This document shows, piece after piece, positions 23,240 through 36,402 of a DNA stretch of 47,135 nucleotides; positions within the stretch are counted from its first letter, which is position 1; every line of letters starts with the position of its first letter. Where the stretch lies: the NCBI RefSeq assembly GCF_004010195.1, contig NC_057719.1:76379939-76427073 (forward strand), read 5' to 3'. A program made the translations under genes and the position numbers. The stretch is from Chiloscyllium plagiosum (taxonomy: Eukaryota). Below the pieces are notes generated by a model, which saw only the letters and a list, made by a program, of their open reading frames with translations, ran no database searches and was not told where the DNA came from.

Positions 23240-23646
23240 TAGGGTGATAGTTCCAGGACTTTGACCCTGTGATGGAACAGCGACACAGTTCCAAATCAAG
23301 ACTGTTTGTGTTTTGGAGGCAACTTGCGTATGGTGATGTTCCCAATCATCTGATGACCATGTCATTATAGCTGGTAGAGGTTGTGGAATTGGAAGTTGCT
23401 GTTGGGGGAGTATGTGAGTTATTGCAGTGCCTCTTGTAGATGGCATAAACAGCTGTTGTCAGTGGTGAAGGGAGCGAATATTGAAGGTGGTGGATGGGGT
23501 GCTAATCCAGAAGGGTGCTTTATTTTAATGGTGACAAGCTTCTTGAGTATCTTTGGACAAGTGGGAAGTATTTCTGACTGGTGAATTGTTGATGGTGAAC
23601 AGGTACTGTGGAGGTAGGATACAGGACTCCAATTCTCTAATCTGTC

Positions 23647-23941
23647 TAGATTGACTAGATTCCCTCCAGTGTGGAAACAGGCCCTTTGGCCCAACAAGTC
23701 CACACCGACCCTCCAAAGAGTAACCCATCCAGACCCATTTCCCTCTGACTAATGCACCTAACACTATTGGAATTTAGCATGGCCAATTCACCTGCCCTGC
23801 ACATCTTTGGGCTTTGGGAGGAAACCGGAGGAATCCCACACAGATACAGGGAGAATATGCAAACTCCACACAGTTGCCCAAGGCTGAAATTGAACTGGGG
23901 ACCCCGTTGCTGTGAGGCAGCAGCACTAATCACTGAGCCAC
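23647..23941 (-). mobile_element. HE1-type V-SINE
   Basis: Reverse complement of the HE1 head, V-domain and tail. Confidence 0.9.
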
Positions 23942-24109
23942 AGTATTTATATGGCTAGTCCAATTCACTTTTTGGTCAATGCCTAGTGGAGAATTCAGCA
24001 ACAGGAAAACCATTGAATGCCATAGGAAGATGATTAGATTCTTGTACGCGGGAATTGGAAATTCTCTAATATTTGTATGGTGACAATGTTACTTGTCAGG
24101 TGCCAGGAG

Positions 24110-24430
24110 GAGAAAGTGAGGACTGCAGATTCTTGAGATCAGAGTTGAGAGTGTGGCGCTGGAAAAGCACAGCAGGTCAGGCAGCATCCAAAGAGCAGAA
24201 GAATCGACATTTCAAGTATAAGCCTTCATCAGGAATTAGACTTGTGGGATGGGGGGAGGGGCTGAGAGATAAATGGGAGGGGTGTGGGGTTGGAGGAAGG
24301 TAGCTGAGAATGCAATAGGTAGATGAACGTGGGAGGGAAGGTGATAGGTCAGAGAGGAGGGTGGAGCAGATGATGGGAAAGGTGATGGACAGGTCAAGAG
24401 GACAGTGCCGAGTTGGAGACTTGGGACTGG
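24110..24430 (-). mobile_element. PLE family A 3' fragment (older)
   Basis: Homologous to 11450-11770 in reverse; decayed hammerhead-like core at 24204-24234. Confidence 0.8.
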
Positions 24431-27400
24431 GATAGGGTTGGGGTGTCGCTTGTCAGCCAAGCTTGATGTTGTCCAGGTCTTTCCATATGTTTGGTTGTTA
24501 TTGCTCGATATAAAGCACTCTGCACTTCCGAAATTCAGCTATTTTGTCCATGTTTGTACCAAGGTTCAAATGGCCCTGGTGGAATTCAAATTAAGCATCC
24601 TTTACAAGTACTACTTCATAGCCGTGCTGATAGCCCCTTCCATCACTTTACAAATAATTGAGAGAAGACTGATGTGGCAGAAATTAGCCGGGTTGGATTT
24701 GTCCTACTTTTTTGTGGAAAGGACACGTGAGCAATTCTCTACTTTGTCGGGTAGATGTCAGTATTGTAGCTATACCGTAATAGCTTGGCGAAAGGTGCGG
24801 CAGCTTCTGAACCACATATCTTCAGTACTTTTATCGAAATGTTGTCAGGGCCCGCAAACATTGCAGTACCCAGTGCCTCCGATTGCTTCTTGATATCACA
24901 TGGAGCAAATCAAATTGGATGAAAATCGCCATCTGTGATCTTGGGGACCACCAGAGGATGCAAAGTTTGATCATCCACTCGGCCCTTGTGCTGTAGATGG
25001 TTCAAATGCTTCAGCCTTATCTTTCACACTGATGAGCTAGGTTCCCCTGTCAATGGGAAGAGGTATATTTGTGGAGCTTCCTCCTCAGTGAGTTGCTCAA
25101 TTGTCCACCACCATTTATGACTGAATGTGGACTGCAGAGCTTAGATTTGTTGGCTGTGTAATCATGTAACCCTGACGCAAAACAGAGTTGAGGAGAAACT
25201 ATTTCTCCCAAGGTGTTGTGAATCTGTGGAATTTGCTACCTCAAAGTGTGATGGATGCTGAGATGGTGAGTAAATTTAAGGAGGAGATAGACAGATGTTT
25301 AATTGGTAATGAGTTGAAGGGATATGGTGAGAAGGCAGGAAAATGGGGGTGAGGAGCATATCAGCAATGATCAAATGGCAGAGCAGACTCAATGGGCTAA
25401 TTCTGCTCCTATATCTAACGAAATTATGCTGCTTCAAGTGATTGGCATACATCTAGTTCTTATTGCAGCTTCACCAGGTCTGCCTCATTTTTAGGTATTT
25501 CTGGTGCTGCTTCAGGCTTGCCCTCATACACTCTTCACTGAACCGCAGTTGATCTCCAAGTTTGACTGCAATGGCAGAATGGGTGATTATAATTATGTAG
25601 CCAATGATGATCCATAGTGCCTCACGGATGCCCAGTTTTGAGCTGATAGTTCTGTTTGAAATCTATACCATTCAATGGCAGTGAATGAAGGTCATCCTCA
25701 ATGTGAAGACAGGACATCATCTCCAGAAGGACTATGCAACCTATTAATACTGTCAATTGCAACAGGAAGGTTTGGTGAGGATGAGGTCAGTTATGTTCTC
25801 GTCAATTTCCCTCAGCTAATCTGGCAGCTACGTCCTTTCGGACTCACAGTTTGCTCAGTAATGATGCTACTGAGCCACTCTTGGTGATGGACATTGAACC
25901 CCCCACCCACAGTACATTCTGGGCTATTGCCACTCACAGCACTTTTTCCAATTCATGTTGAATATGGAGAAGTACTGATCCATCAGAGAAGGGGCTAGAG
26001 TGAAAATTAGCAATATGTTTCCTTGCTTATGTTTAACCTGAAGCCACAAGATTTCATGGAGTCAGAGACAATGTTGAAAAGTCTCAAAACAATTTCCTCC
26101 CAGCTATGTACAACTATACCATCCCTTCTGGAGGACCTGTCCTTCTGATGGTACAGGTTGTACCTAGAGATGTTAATGTCTGGAACAGTGTCTGTAGGTT
26201 AGATCCCTGAAAATGACATCAGGCTGTTAGCTGGACTGGCGTTATTATGGAATTGTAAAATACTAACCACTGAGTTCGCGCTATTGCCAGTTTGTGCCTC
26301 TCCTTGTTCTCAGTACCACCACCCAAACTGCTATTACTTGTATTCTGGCATGAGTCTATGCAATGGATTGCATTGACTTGAAAACACGAATTCCCCATCT
26401 CTGACCAGAAATGTAATCTCTGAGTGGTAGTGGGGCATTAATTGCTTTGTAAGGATGATACTTAAATAATGAAGCGGAATTGGAATAGTCTTTTTAAAAA
26501 ATCTCCTCAGTTCTTTAGGTATTGAAGCAAACTGTAGGGGTAACAGACATGATATAGAATTTGGTTCAGAACTTGTTTGGGTTTTACTAAACTGCAGCAA
26601 CTCAAGAGAGAGGCACATCACTACCTCACCACACACCATTACCAGAAAGGATCATAGTCCCAGAATTAATATTTTTGTTATTCAAAAGACTGTCTTTCTC
26701 GCATGTTCATACTAAATCAATGTAAAGCATCAAGTAACTAGGGAATAGAAATTGGAAATATTGCAAAACTAAGGTTGATATGTTCATGCATTCCTTTCAA
26801 CATTTTCTATCTGAGTTTGAGTATATATTAATCATATTTCAGTTTGTTGTCATTGAGCACATGAAAGTGGGATTTACGTTTATCCTTTGGAAAACAAAGT
26901 CACGTTGGAAACAATGCAATTAAGAACTGGGAACACAGGCAATTCATTCACAACCCTAATGGATTTTGACCTCCGAAGCCATTAAAATGTGTTACACTAG
27001 AGGGAGTCTAAAACTGACAGTACAGCTATAGTGATTCAATACTGCTCAGCAGCTTCTTTGTCATTTCATGATTGAAAAAAAATGTTAATTATACAAAGTT
27101 CAGAATTTTCAAGATTTTGCCCGAAGCTTAGATTAATGGATAAATCTTACTTCAGTCTTAGAAGCTTGCCTGCTGGGTGCACACACTGGCATTTAGATTT
27201 TACCAGCGGCTTCATTTTAAAGCACACAAAAGCACTTGCGTTCGCAGTTTTTCCAGCATGTTCTCTGAGTAGGTGAGGCTCTGTACCAGATTGATAAATG
27301 TAACCAGGAGTGCTTATTTTCTACATTGGGAAGGAAGGACATGTCAGTTGTGCTCTTTACTGGCTCTTGGATTTTTTTCTCCCCCCCACCACAGCGTATA

Positions 27401-27679
27401 CCCAGCAGTTCTGCTAAACATGTCTCACGTGATTCTTTTCTTTTTTCTGTTCTTTTCTGCCTTTCTGCATCATTCCTTTGACATCCCATTTCTTTGTGCT
27501 TCTTGTTGGTGATGACACAAAAGATTAATAGCGTAAGCAATGTAATTGGAGGTGTGGCAAAAGGTGAAAAGCTATTAACACAACATGAAAACAGACTTGC
27601 AGCACTAGAGACATATAATAAAATATGTATGAGGAGAGATTGAGAGATTAGTATTATTTTTGCCGAAGTCACAGTCTCA

Positions 27680-28500
27680 GGATTTGGAGTAGACCATTTA
27701 GGATAGAGATGAGTAGACATTTCTTCACCCAAAGAGTGGTGAACCTGTGGAATTCATTATCACAGGAAGTAGTTGATGCCAAAACATTGAATGTACTCAC
27801 GAGGCGGCTAGATATAGCACTTGGGGCAAATGGGATCAAAGGTTAAGGGGAGAAAGCAGGATTACGCTATTAAATTGGGCAATCAGCCATGATCACTATG
27901 AATGGTGGAGGAGGCTCGAAGGGCCGAATGGCCTCCTCCTGCTCCTGTCTATGCTTCTATGAATGAAAGGAGTGAAATGTTGGCCTTCAGATCTGAAGGA
28001 CTGGATTGCAAGTGAATAGAAGTCATTGTTCAACTATATGAAATTCTTTTTGCAGCCCACCTGGGGAACAGTGTCGTTTGGACAGCATACCTTAAGCACT
28101 GATATGACAGCCTTGGATGAAGTGCAAAGCAATTTACCAGAATGATACTAGGGCTCCAAGGTTTAAATAATGAGAAATTATACAAGCTAGACTTTGCATT
28201 GCATGGAATCTATATAAATAAGGTGTAATTTGATCAAAGTTTTCAAAGTATTAAGTTTTCAGACAAATACAGAGAAGGTATTGCTGATAATCTGGAATTA
28301 TAAGGCCAGGAGAAAATGCTAAAGTTACAACAAGGACTGTAATTAGGACGCATTTCTTCACACAAAGGGGGGTAGACATTTGGAATTTTCTTCCTGAAAT
28401 GGCAACCAATAACTGGACCAATTATTAATGTTAAAACAGAATTTGATAGATTTTTGTTAACCAAAGGGATCCAGGGACCAGCCATGATCTCACTGAAACA
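27680..28500 (+). mobile_element. CR1 LINE 3' fragments (two, decayed)
   Basis: ttcttcacccaaagagtggtgaacctgtggaatt (FFTQRVVNLWN) and a ctcctgctcct...tctatg tail. A second, older copy follows. Confidence 0.75.
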
Positions 28501-28899
28501 GGCACAAGGGAAGGAACATGAGCCAAGGAAACATCAGACAATAATTTGGAAGTTGCTATATGATTTATAAAACAGAATACTTGCCTTGAAATTATATTTT
28601 TCAAAAGTTATCATTTATTAGAACTTGCTTTGATTGGTGAACCTTTGAATCCCTTTTGATATACCTCAGACAGGGTGTGAGAATCTGGCAAAGTGAGGAA
28701 CATTGAACAGTGGCTAAGCACACACATTTAAACTTGACCCTTCCCCATTCAAATACCTCAACATTCCCCATCCTCTCTCCCCTCCTCAGATTCTCTCTGA
28801 CTAGATCACTCTATAATCTTGCTGAATCTAAATACTGCTGCTGGATTTGCTTCCTTGTTTGCAAGGTTACAGGTGATCATGCTGATGACTGGGCAAAGG

Positions 28900-29345
28900 A
28901 GAGAGAGAAAGTATGGGGATGGAGAACAAACATGTAGGAAAGTCCTTGTGCTCTAAAATTGTTAAACTCTATGTTGAATCCGGAGGGCTGTAAGATGAGA
29001 TGTTGTTCCTCTAGCTGGCATTGAGCTTTGCTCGAGCACTGTGGCAAGCATGAAACAGAAATATTGGCCAGAGAATATAGTGGTGCGAAGAATTAGCAGG
29101 TAACTGGAAGCTCAGGGTCATTTTGTGGAGGTGCTCTTCAAAGTCATCAAGTGTCTACACTTCACCTCCCCAGTATAGAGGGGACCACATTGTGAGCAGC
29201 AAATACAGTAGACTGGATTGAACAAAGCACAGGTTTCACCTGGGAAGTGTGTCAGGGGCCTTGCATAGTGAGGAGGGAGGAGGTAAACAATAAGTTTTGC
29301 ACCTTCTGCAACTGCATCGGAAGATGTAGCAGAAACTTTGCACCA
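28900..29345 (-). mobile_element. Decayed Neptune-type PLE GIY-YIG fragment
   Basis: Minus ORF contains FNPVYCICCSQCGPLYTGEVK, a degenerate copy of the IYCIRCxxCGLLYIGET motif. Confidence 0.75.
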
Positions 29346-30093
29346 ACCCATTTGGTGCAATATTGAAACAATTGCTGTCATTTAATTTTGTCCCAATTTT
29401 CCAAGAAAATTTAAATGTTAAATCCAGGTGAATTTAAGCATTAATTGATTTTGACTGCGTTTCAAGATTTTGCCTTGCAAGTGATACCTTTCCTCACTCA
29501 CTTCCTGCCCTAATCCAATACCATGCCCCTAACTACTGCAGCTTTTGAACAGAGGTGACTGTGATCCAATTTTCTAGCTGCACTTCTATGCTGATACATC
29601 TTCATCTGCCACTCCCAAACCAGTTTTCCCCATTGTAGAAGCACCATTCTGATGAAGGGTCATTTAGACCCAAAACATTAGCTTGTTCTCTCTCCGTGAA
29701 AGCCACCTGACCCAATGTGATTTCCAGTGATTTTTTTGCTTCCTGTTTTGCCATTGTAAAGTGGGAAAGGGAATGGCAGAGAAGACACCGCCTATCCATT
29801 TAAACAACAATCAGTGCCTATCAAAAAATAAGCTCAGCATTTGTGCTTTTGGCTTATCAATCCATCCCACTCACAACTAAGGAGATATTTTGGTTCTGAT
29901 GAATGAACAAGGATCACAATTTTCCACACTGCCCCAAGCTTTTTTCCTAGACTCCTTCCACCTTCGATCTGTCCAATTCCTTCCAAATGAATCTGCAGTA
30001 CTCTTGATTTTGTGTGCAACGTCACAGGATGTCAACAAGTTCACTCTTAAATATACTTAAAAATAAAATCTGTACAAAACAATTTCAGACTTC

Positions 30094-30099
30094 TTTATT
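30094..30099 (-). promoter_or_regulatory. Candidate MED6 polyadenylation signal (implies ~1.3-kb 3' UTR)
   Basis: AATAAA on minus strand followed by a U/GU-rich tract (TTGTTTTGTACAGATTTTATTTTT), at the end of a repeat-free stretch running from the MED6 stop codon. Confidence 0.5.
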
Positions 30100-31412
30100 C
30101 ATTGATACAAAAAATTGTATTTTGTATTCTACTTCCAATACCAGACAGGCAGACCTTTAGTTACACTATTTTAAAATTATGTTTATTTAAACTTAAAGAT
30201 CAAATCATTTCTAAATTACTCCTTTTGGGATCCTACTCACTAATTCCACTCCACTCTCCTTGCACAGCAAAGGACTTTGCAAAGGGTACAAACTTCAAGC
30301 AGTGAATTGCATGGGACTGAGCCAGTTAAATGGAAGCTATTGTACAACTTTACCTTTACAAATTTTCCACTTTGAGGTTCTGGAAGTCCTGTCTCCTGCT
30401 GAAATAAAGTTGTTCAGGTCTTCGTAACCACACAACACCCGTTTCATTTTTCTCAACAGATAATTGCACTCTGAATTTCAAAGCGCAGCCCTTGGCTGAT
30501 TCGATTCCCACTTTGCATATGAACTCAGGAATGGATTCTAGCATAAGCTGCAAGACCATCACGATCTTCCCAAAGTTCATTCCGACACACTAACTAAATG
30601 CCAAATGTGGAAGCTTTATGCTTTACGCTTCTCCAAAAGCTGCTTTTACCAAGTAAGGCATCAGGTGGGGAGCTGTTGGCCCTTTGATTCTTAATAATCT
30701 ATATCTTTACAATACAACACAATGAATTGCTAAGATGCACACTGCAATAGCTCTTGCATTCACACTTCCAAGTAATACGTTCCTAATCTCAGTCAGATGG
30801 AAAGCGGCACTGCATCATTATCACAGTGGGCAGAATAATCTACAAATAAAACAACATCGCTGGGTATCAATATACAAAAATCAGTAGCTATTGATCAGTA
30901 GCAAGTAAATCTTGCTTATAAATGGCCACCAGATCACAACTTTGCTGGAATAGTGTCCATGTATTTTGATGAGATTCCAATTTCTACTGCCCATTGATAT
31001 CCATTGGTTAAAGAATGGTGTCATGGGATAATAACAACCATGTACAATAACCCATCTTTTACACTAATTTCCTCAATATTACAAGCATCAGAAGTCTCAC
31101 CACTTAGTCTGAGCTTTATCCTTTTATACTGTAATTCTTAAAATTACGACTGCACATCTTTTTACCAATTCCTCTTCGTATCCACTGAAGCAGGACGTTC
31201 TGCAGAAAATGTCTGAAGCAACAAGAAAAGACGCAATCTTGGCACTGGACAGAGATTGAGAACTGAAAGGATTAAGCATCTCCTGGAGATGAACCCATTT
31301 CATGCTTGACATTTAAAAATAAAAAGCACAAAAAAAAATCACATCTATACAAAATCAAGTCCAAAGGTTCAATGGCTCACAACAATTGAGCCAGAGAGTT
31401 AGCAAAGTCTCT

Positions 31413-31543
31413 TCATTGGAGTCTCATTCGTTTCTCAGGGGGGGCCTTGGTGCTTGAGCTCTGCTGAGAGTTCTTTGTGGAGTCTTTTTCCTCCTGTTTG
31501 ATGGTCTCGGTTGTTGGCTCGGCTTCTTTCTTCACTTGCTCCA
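31413..31543 (-). CDS. MED6: MED6 last coding exon
   Basis: ttttcag|TG. Encodes (V)[42 protein letters not shown] then TGA; the [10 protein letters not shown]-terminus is diagnostic of MED6. Confidence 0.97.
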
Positions 31544-31640
31544 CTGAAAAGCAGAAATATAAACATGGAAATGTTTGCAGTCAAAGTATTAGTTGAGAAG
31601 TTTGATCGGAATTAGCTTGATTCAGGATAAAAATACTCAC

Positions 31641-31668
31641 CTGGCACAGGCTTGTCTCCAGATTTGGG
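31641..31668 (-). CDS. MED6: MED6 exon 7 (28-nt micro-exon)
   Basis: ttttcag|CCC AAA TCT GGA GAC AAG CCT GTG CCA G|gtgagt = PKSGDKPVP, matching the KPGEKPVP segment of MED6. Confidence 0.93.
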
Positions 31669-32365
31669 CTGAAAATGAAACCAACAGGCAATATAAGGAA
31701 CACTTCGGGACATCCACGCAACAAAGAAAATTCAACTTCTGACACTGCATCGTTCAGTAGTTACAATGGTATACTGAAATTGCTGCCACATTTTTGTTGT
31801 AGATGTAAATAAGATAAAAAGAAATAATGGGGAAAAATCACCTCTATGTTTACACTGCAACTAACAAGATCTCTTTCACCACCCCGCAAAGGAAAATTCA
31901 AATGATCAGGTTAGATGTATGAATGAAATTATTTAAACCCACACTCTTTGGGAGTAGCACATAAAACCTGCATGACATTTGCTTTTTTGTTGAAAGCTTA
32001 TAACCTTAGTCTGTTTAGAATAATGACAAACTTTTGTTTTTAAAATCAAGGCAGATTCAGATCCCATTAAAGCCAGATTGGAGCTATTCATTAAGTTGCA
32101 AAGTGACAGACTGTGTTGGCTCTTGAAATGAGACTTGTAAATGGGTGCTACCCCTAAGCCTCTCAAAGTGTATACTGGTCAGTCAATCTATGGCACTGGA
32201 TAGCTCAGTGAAATCCATCCTTGCCCACTATAAGATCTAAACCTTTCACTTTCTCTATGTCTTGTGGAATTAAAAAAAAACTTCAGTACTACCTTCTATA
32301 TCTATACTGTTTGATTTCAATTACTTATTTGAAACAAAGGAACATAGCAAGTTACAGATAATTAC

Positions 32366-32481
32366 CTGAATAAACTTGGGCTGGAATTTTTGCCGAATAT
32401 CTAGGAGCAACATATCCACTCTCTGACGCTGGAACAACGAACTTGGTTCCTCCTTCTTTTTCGATTTTGGCTTTACTTTAT
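32366..32481 (-). CDS. MED6: MED6 exon 6
   Basis: gtccag|AT...CAG|gtaatt. Encodes (D)[38 protein letters not shown]; 116 nt. Confidence 0.96.
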
Positions 32482-34500
32482 CTGGACAGGATGAAGAGAA
32501 AGAGTTGAAATGAAAAGATGGTTAGAATGTAATTTGTTTCCGAAAGGAGTCGAATGCTTTTGCTGGATGTAAGTTAATAAACTTGATCCCTCTTAGAGGT
32601 ATTGCATAACCAATTTCACTATCACAGAAAGTTCCTCTCTGCTACTCAGGCACTTTGTTGAACTTGAAAGGTAGGCCACAGGAACTGGGCCTTTCACTTC
32701 ATAAGCGAAGCTATGGTGTATTCTTGAGATAGAAAATGTTGCAAAAGTTTTAATCATTTGCATTTATTAACACTCACATGTCACTTCTCACCAATTTACA
32801 AGTCCCACTTCAAGAAGGAAAATATTTAGTGAAAATACCATTTTAGAACCAAGATGCAAGAAGCTCGCTCTCTCATTATGTGGATTTGGCATGATGTAGA
32901 ATGTAATTCTGGACAAGGAAATTCTGTTGGCCAATGGGTAGCCATCTGTTTTTTGGCCAAAACTGAAAATGAGCCCAAAATATTATAAACTTACCAGCCA
33001 GGAATCTGAACTCCATTTACGCACAGAGGTGCTGGGTGCAAAGATGATGACTTTGCTTCCAACTGTGTGGAGTTATTCTGAGATCAGTGGTTGCAGAGTG
33101 CACCTAACAAACGATGCACTGTTTTGCTGACTGCAAATTGCACCACACTTGGCAGTAAATGGCTCTATCTGCTACATTTGTCACATGGCTGTTAGTGTCA
33201 ACGTCCTGAACTTCACCGCAATAACAATAATTCAGATGGAGCAGGTCAGTGATCTGCTATAGGGCTCAGTATTCAGACAGTCAATTGGGCCATTAATTTA
33301 CGAAACAGACACCAACTTGAAAAGCCATCTAGATTTGTGTAAATCACTAAAAAAAATGTAAGATCCTGTTTGCTGTTAACAGGAAGGATCACAGAATCTG
33401 GATGTTCTGTTAATTGTTTCAGCCGAGAGAGAGAAATCAATGACAGATTTTCACATTTGCTTTTCTTATTGAGGTGTACTCAGGTCACTGTTTCATGGCA
33501 TTATAAAAGCAGTGATTGTCATTCATAACCTTTCAAGACAATCCCTACTAGCTCACTGACCTGATGCAGTAATATAATTTGCAGAAATTTTAGAGTGTCT
33601 GACATCTTCTTTACCCCCTTCTTTAAAAAATCATTCTCAGGAGATAATTCTCTGTCAAGACTGGCATTTATTGCCACTCCCTCATTATCTGAACAGAATA
33701 TTCAATAGCTACAGTCTTGCGGTGTAGGTATATCTACAGTGCTATTAGTAAGGGACTTCTGGGATTTTGCCATTCTTTGCTGCAGTTGAGATGCTGCACC
33801 TTAAAGGGTTTTTAAGAATCAATGACATTGCTGAGAGACTGGAGCCACATATAGGTCAGAGAGTAAGAGTGGTCCATTACCTTCTGTAAATAGTGAAGCA
33901 ATTTTTAAAAATAATCTAATACCTTCGAGGTCATTTGCTTTTAAAACATTGATTAACATCAAATTAAATTGTCAAATTACTACAGAGGGATTGAAACCCT
34001 CAATCCCTCAACTGTTTCTCATTTATCACTTTGGATTGCTTGTATCATAATATAAAACTTTACTACAGACCTTCTGATGGAGTGAATTTGCTTTCGTGAA
34101 ATAAAGCATAGGTGATATAAGGCCTTTATTTGTTGCTGGCTCTCTGAATACGCTCATTATACATGTGCATAGTTTCTTTGGGACAGTGGACAAACAGCAG
34201 AATTTAAGCAGGGTCATGGTTTCCCCAGATACTTCAAACTGAATGAGAAATTGATCCACTATGCAGATACAACGTAGTGGCATCAGTCCACTTCTAACAT
34301 TCTCTTATACAATCTCTAAAATTCTCTAGCTTATGACAAAGGTTTGCTGAGACAATATACAAAACAGGAGGGTCCTGCATCCACAGCTGAGTGCTCCATG
34401 TCAAGTTATGTTTTTCCAGCTGACAGTATATTATTTTGTGGAAGTGGCCATCTTTAGAAGGATTTAGCAAACTCCATGGTATTACCATACTGGAACTCAC

Positions 34501-34609
34501 CCCTCTCATCTTGATCCTTGAAATGCCACCAATATCCTTTGGAAGGATGGTATCGGCAATAAGACATGGCTTCGTCAAATGCAGACTGAACTGCATGTAT
34601 TGCTGTCAG
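34501..34609 (-). CDS. MED6: MED6 exon 5
   Basis: aactag|CTG...AGG G|gtgagt. Encodes [36 protein letters not shown]; 109 nt. Confidence 0.97.
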
Positions 34610-35089
34610 CTAGTTTGGGTACAGGGAAATAAAAGCAATGCATCAGTTGCCACATCGCCAGTAATGCACTATTCTTTTCACAGTGCCTGAAAAGAAATGC
34701 CGACTTGAAAGGAAACTGAGATTTGCACATGGGCCAGAGTGTTACACAGCATTGAAATGAGCATGTCTAGATGCAGGGTGTAGTTCAACACCATTACACA
34801 GAGATTTATGCAGTATTCTAATTACACAAGTACCAACACATTTCAGTTTCAAAACATTTGTTAAACTGAGAGAATATCTGTACATGCCAGAAGCAAATGT
34901 GGCAATCGTGCAGACTGCACAATTCCATAATGCTATTAATAATGGGTTCAAAAGATTCATGGAAGCAACCTGGTCCACATGCCATGCATCCAAGATTGCT
35001 AAGGTGCTGGCCACAACCCTTTAATTCTCTTCAGAGAACTTGCTTTTAGGGGTATAGAGTAAAGTCTTGCAATTTGCAATGATCAAAAC

Positions 35090-35940
35090 TTGGAGGTATA
35101 GTAAACTTTAAGGAAGATAGCGACCAACATCAAGAGAACATACAGAGGTTGATGGGAAGGGTGGACATATGGCAGATTAAATATAGTGTTACAAACTGAG
35201 GTGACACATTTTGATAGCAAGAATGCAGACAATTATAATTACTAAATATACATTGCGCAGTATTTAAAGAACGCAAAGACCTTGAGAATGTTTTCTGTAC
35301 AAACCTTTGAAAGTGGCATGATGAGTTAATGAGCAGTTAATCAAGCATATGGCATTCCCCACTTTATAATTAGAGACACAGAGAACCATGAAGTATGTTA
35401 GTTCTGGCCCAGCTTGAGCACTATGTCCACTTCTGGCTGCCACATCTTAGAAAGGTTTTGAAGGCTTTGGCAAGGTGACAGTAGATTAAGTAGAATGATT
35501 CTAGGGATGAGGGATTACATCTATATGGCTGGACTGCAGAGCCTAGGGTTATTCTTTTTAGAATAAAGAACACTAAGAGGAGATTTGATAGAATTGTTTA
35601 AAAATCATGAATTATAAAGTTAGAGTACACAAAGAGAAACTCTCCAACGGTTAAAGGATCAATAAACAGAGGGCACAAACTTCACGCCACTGACTAAATA
35701 TCTGAAGGGACATGAGGAAAAACCCTATTTATGAAAAGTGTTAGGATTTAGAATTCACTCTTAACAGGAGAGTGAACGCAAACTCAATAATAACCTTCAA
35801 AAATGGATTAGATAAACACTTGAAGGAGGAAAAGTGCAGAGCTATAAGGAAAGAAAATGAGAGTAGAATTACCCTTTAGAAGAACCAGGACAGACTCAAC
35901 AGTCCAAATGTCACCCTCCTGTATTATTGCATTCCATGAT
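35090..35940 (+). mobile_element. Decayed CR1 LINE in MED6 intron 4
   Basis: Remnants of the CR1 C-terminal motifs (LEYCVQFWxP-like at ~35410; LRGDLIE at ~35572; RGH) and 3' UTR. Confidence 0.7.
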
Positions 35941-36319
35941 TTGTTTGTAAAGCTTTAATGAAATGGCTGCATTTAAACCTGACGTTAGTCTTCTCTCTCA
36001 ATTTAATGCCTTTTTCGACAAGTGAATCAGCAACACAAAATGTAACACGTTACACAATATCACTCAATTTTCACTGTTGTGCATAATGCAACTACACTGG
36101 AGGGACAGAAGAAAAGGCATTTTGTTCTTTTCTTTCTTGCAGACAAGGCAGGCTACAAAAAAAGCCAATTTGTACTACATGTATAATAAATTAAACTGGC
36201 TCCCCAGGTTAAGTGTTCTCAGCAACCTCATCAATGTTCACTTATTCAAAATAAATTATTTTTGATTGAGACATACCCCTGAAAAGCAATGAAAAACCAC
36301 ATGAAGCGAAGTCACCCAC

Positions 36320-36402
36320 CATTCTAGAGTTTATTACTGATCCCAAATCAGGCGCTTGATACACCACTCCAGCAATGATATAATAGTCAGCCAAAGGAGT
36401 AA
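36320..36402 (-). CDS. MED6: MED6 exon 4
   Basis: cttctag|TT...ATG|gtgggt. Encodes (V)[27 protein letters not shown]; 83 nt. Confidence 0.97.

Larger units (their letters stand above)
21939..26240 (-). mobile_element. Old LINE remnant (CR1/L2-group, clade uncertain), fragmented by later PLE, CR1 and HE1 insertions
   Basis: The terminal sequence attcatgggatgtg...gcatttattgccc recurs at about 12170 and 33630, and internal segments recur at about 2130-2310 and 19780-19860. It continues across the 10-bp TSD at 22055/23240. Confidence 0.55.

Noticed and set aside
27217..27732. 171-aa minus-strand ORF
   Set aside because: Starts inside an antisense CR1 fragment, has low-complexity composition, no recognisable domain and no splice partners.
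29648..29682. Further hammerhead-like motif (CTGATGAAGGGTC..GACCC-AAAACATT)
   Set aside because: Core G12 and the palindrome are both mutated; counted only as a decayed PLE copy.
33044..33081. ATGATGA...CTGA resembling C/D-box snoRNA
   Set aside because: Only 38 nt from box C to box D, no terminal stem, and antisense to the MED6 host intron.
34294..34690. ORFs of 100 aa (-) and 84 aa (+) over MED6 exon 5
   Set aside because: Alternative-frame and antisense shadows of the real 109-nt exon.
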